A stretch of DNA of 32,000 bases from contig NC_000918.1 in assembly GCF_000008625.1 (NCBI RefSeq), positions 870,001-902,000 on the forward strand, given 5' to 3'. Shown here piece by piece: positions 30,900 to 32,000 of the stretch. Position 1 is the stretch's first letter, and each line of letters starts with the position of its first letter. The notes under the pieces are model-generated. The model was not told the origin of the DNA and did not search any database. It was given only the letters and a program-made list of their open reading frames with translations. Source of the stretch: Aquifex aeolicus VF5 (lineage in GTDB: Bacteria; Aquificota; Aquificia; Aquificales; Aquificaceae). Made by a program: the position numbers and the translations under genes.

Positions 30900-31807
30900 T
30901 TTTTCATTAATTTTAGCAGTTCCTTGTAGTAGGCGTTTTCTCCGTAAACTTCCCTGTAACGCTGGAGTGCCCTTTCTGCCTCCTTAAAGGCCTCCTCTTT
31001 AATCTTTTCCCAGCGTTTTACCTCTCCTTCGAGGAACTTTATCCTGTTTTCAATAGCTTTCTTCTCTTCAGGACTTTTAACCTCTTCAAGTTTTTCTTTA
31101 GCCTCCTCTATGAAATCTTCCAGCTTTTCCCTTTCCCTTTTTACCTGCTTTGGCGTGAGGAGGAGATTTTTTATGTACTTGTAGGCGAGCCTCTCTTCGG
31201 AAAAGTACTCGGGGAAGTTTATGAGAACTTCCCTGTACCTAATTGCTGCGTTGTAAGGGTATCCGTACTCCTCGTAAAACTTCGCTATGTAGTACTCGTG
31301 GTAGGCAAGTTTTTTGTTCGCCTCTTCAATTACTTCTTCTACCTTTCTCGTGAACCTGCTGTCAGGATACTTTGCGAGGAATTCCTTGGCCTTCCTTATA
31401 GCTTCAACCGTGTACGTTTGATCCCTGTAAGGGTCTGGGGCTACTTTTACTAGACTGTCAACGAGTATGTAAAATACTTCTTCCGCTTCCTTACTTCCCG
31501 GGTAATTCGCCAGAAAATCTTCCGCGTAAACTACCGCATCTACGTAATCCTTGTCCTTGTATGCTGATTTCACGAGGAGGTACTTCACCTTTTTGATCTG
31601 TTCAGGTGTCAGGTGTTCCAGGTAGTTAAGGGCTTTTTCAAAGTTACTCTTGGCGTCTCCGTAATCTCCCTTCCTATACTCACTCAGTCCCTTTTCGTAG
31701 AATTCTTTTGCGTATCCCGCCCTCCTTGCTTCCGATTTTGGGGCACAGGCGTTTATCAGTAGTAGTCCGAGTAGGAGAGCTGAAAGTAGTCGGAACGTTC
31801 TTCCCAT
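30887..31807 (-). CDS. outer-membrane assembly lipoprotein, BamD/YfiO-like (TPR)
   Basis: Lipobox LLINACAP (start ATG 31807 preferred over 31828); AKEFYEKGLSEYRKGDYGDAKSNFEKAL...DFLANYPGSKEAEEVFYILVDS...YHEYYIAKFYEEYGYPYNAAIRYREVLINFPEY, BamD-like repeats. Confidence 0.8.
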   Translation of the reverse strand: MGRTFRLLSALLLGLLLINACAPKSEARRAGYAKEFYEKGLSEYRKGDYGDAKSNFEKALNYLEHLTPEQIKKVKYLLVKSAYKDKDYVDAVVYAEDFLANYPGSKEAEEVFYILVDSLVKVAPDPYRDQTYTVEAIRKAKEFLAKYPDSRFTRKVEEVIEEANKKLAYHEYYIAKFYEEYGYPYNAAIRYREVLINFPEYFSEERLAYKYIKNLLLTPKQVKREREKLEDFIEEAKEKLEEVKSPEEKKAIENRIKFLEGEVKRWEKIKEEAFKEAERALQRYREVYGENAYYKELLKLMKKWKS

Positions 31808-32000
31808 ACCTCTTTTATGGTAATCCAATCCTTCAAATTTTTCTCGTTAATAAATTCTTCTACGGTTTTAGCTACGCTCGGGTGTACTTTAAGAACTATC
31901 TTTTTGCCTCTGGTCTTCTCAAGAGCCTTTTCCAAGGTGTGGAGTATGAACTCTTTACTCTTCACAAAGCCTTTGCCCTGACAGTGGGGACACGTTTCCC
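31756..32000 (-). CDS. ribonuclease E/G family protein, C-terminal fragment (5' part beyond right edge)
   Basis: Reverse-strand frame open to the edge: ETCPHCQGKGFVKSKEFILHTLEKALEKTRGKKIVLKVHPSVAKTVEEFINEKN. CPxCxGxG zinc-link and downstream context typical of RNase G/E. The ORF track starts it artificially at GTG 31965. Confidence 0.75.
   Translation of the reverse strand, partial: ETCPHCQGKGFVKSKEFILHTLEKALEKTRGKKIVLKVHPSVAKTVEEFINEKNLKDWITIKEVWEERSDYFQLSYSDYY

Overview
This 32 kb window is gene-dense, and its content fits a hyperthermophilic Aquifex-like chromosome (inference from protein content; organism not given). It is mostly housekeeping and envelope genes: fliM, an SDR, mutS2, a CDP-alcohol phosphatidyltransferase, ilvC, uppS, cdsA, PEBP, a TlpA-like protein plus PCuAC, yajC, feoA/feoB, split-type metG, apbE, cstA, tatA/B, tatC, a SulP transporter, tRNA-Leu(CAG), an M16 peptidase, rsfS and bamD-like. 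Incomplete genes sit at both edges: a molybdopterin oxidoreductase on the left and the RNase E/G C-terminus on the right. The ORF track misses the first and truncates the second. The most interesting observations are: (1) a compact apbE / porin / two-CXXCH lipoprotein / FMN-binding protein with a flavinylation-like TGATLT motif / unassigned polytopic membrane protein cluster, a candidate extracytoplasmic flavin and haem electron-transfer system; (2) fliM split by an apparent 1-nt deletion in an A/T run; (3) a SAM methyltransferase split inside motif I by an apparent 1-nt deletion in a G run; (4) an OprB-like beta-barrel gene with no visible signal peptide between feoA and feoB; (5) a TlpA-like lipoprotein with CTGH in place of CXXC, next to a PCuAC copper chaperone. 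No CRISPR array, rRNA or transposon was recognised by eye.
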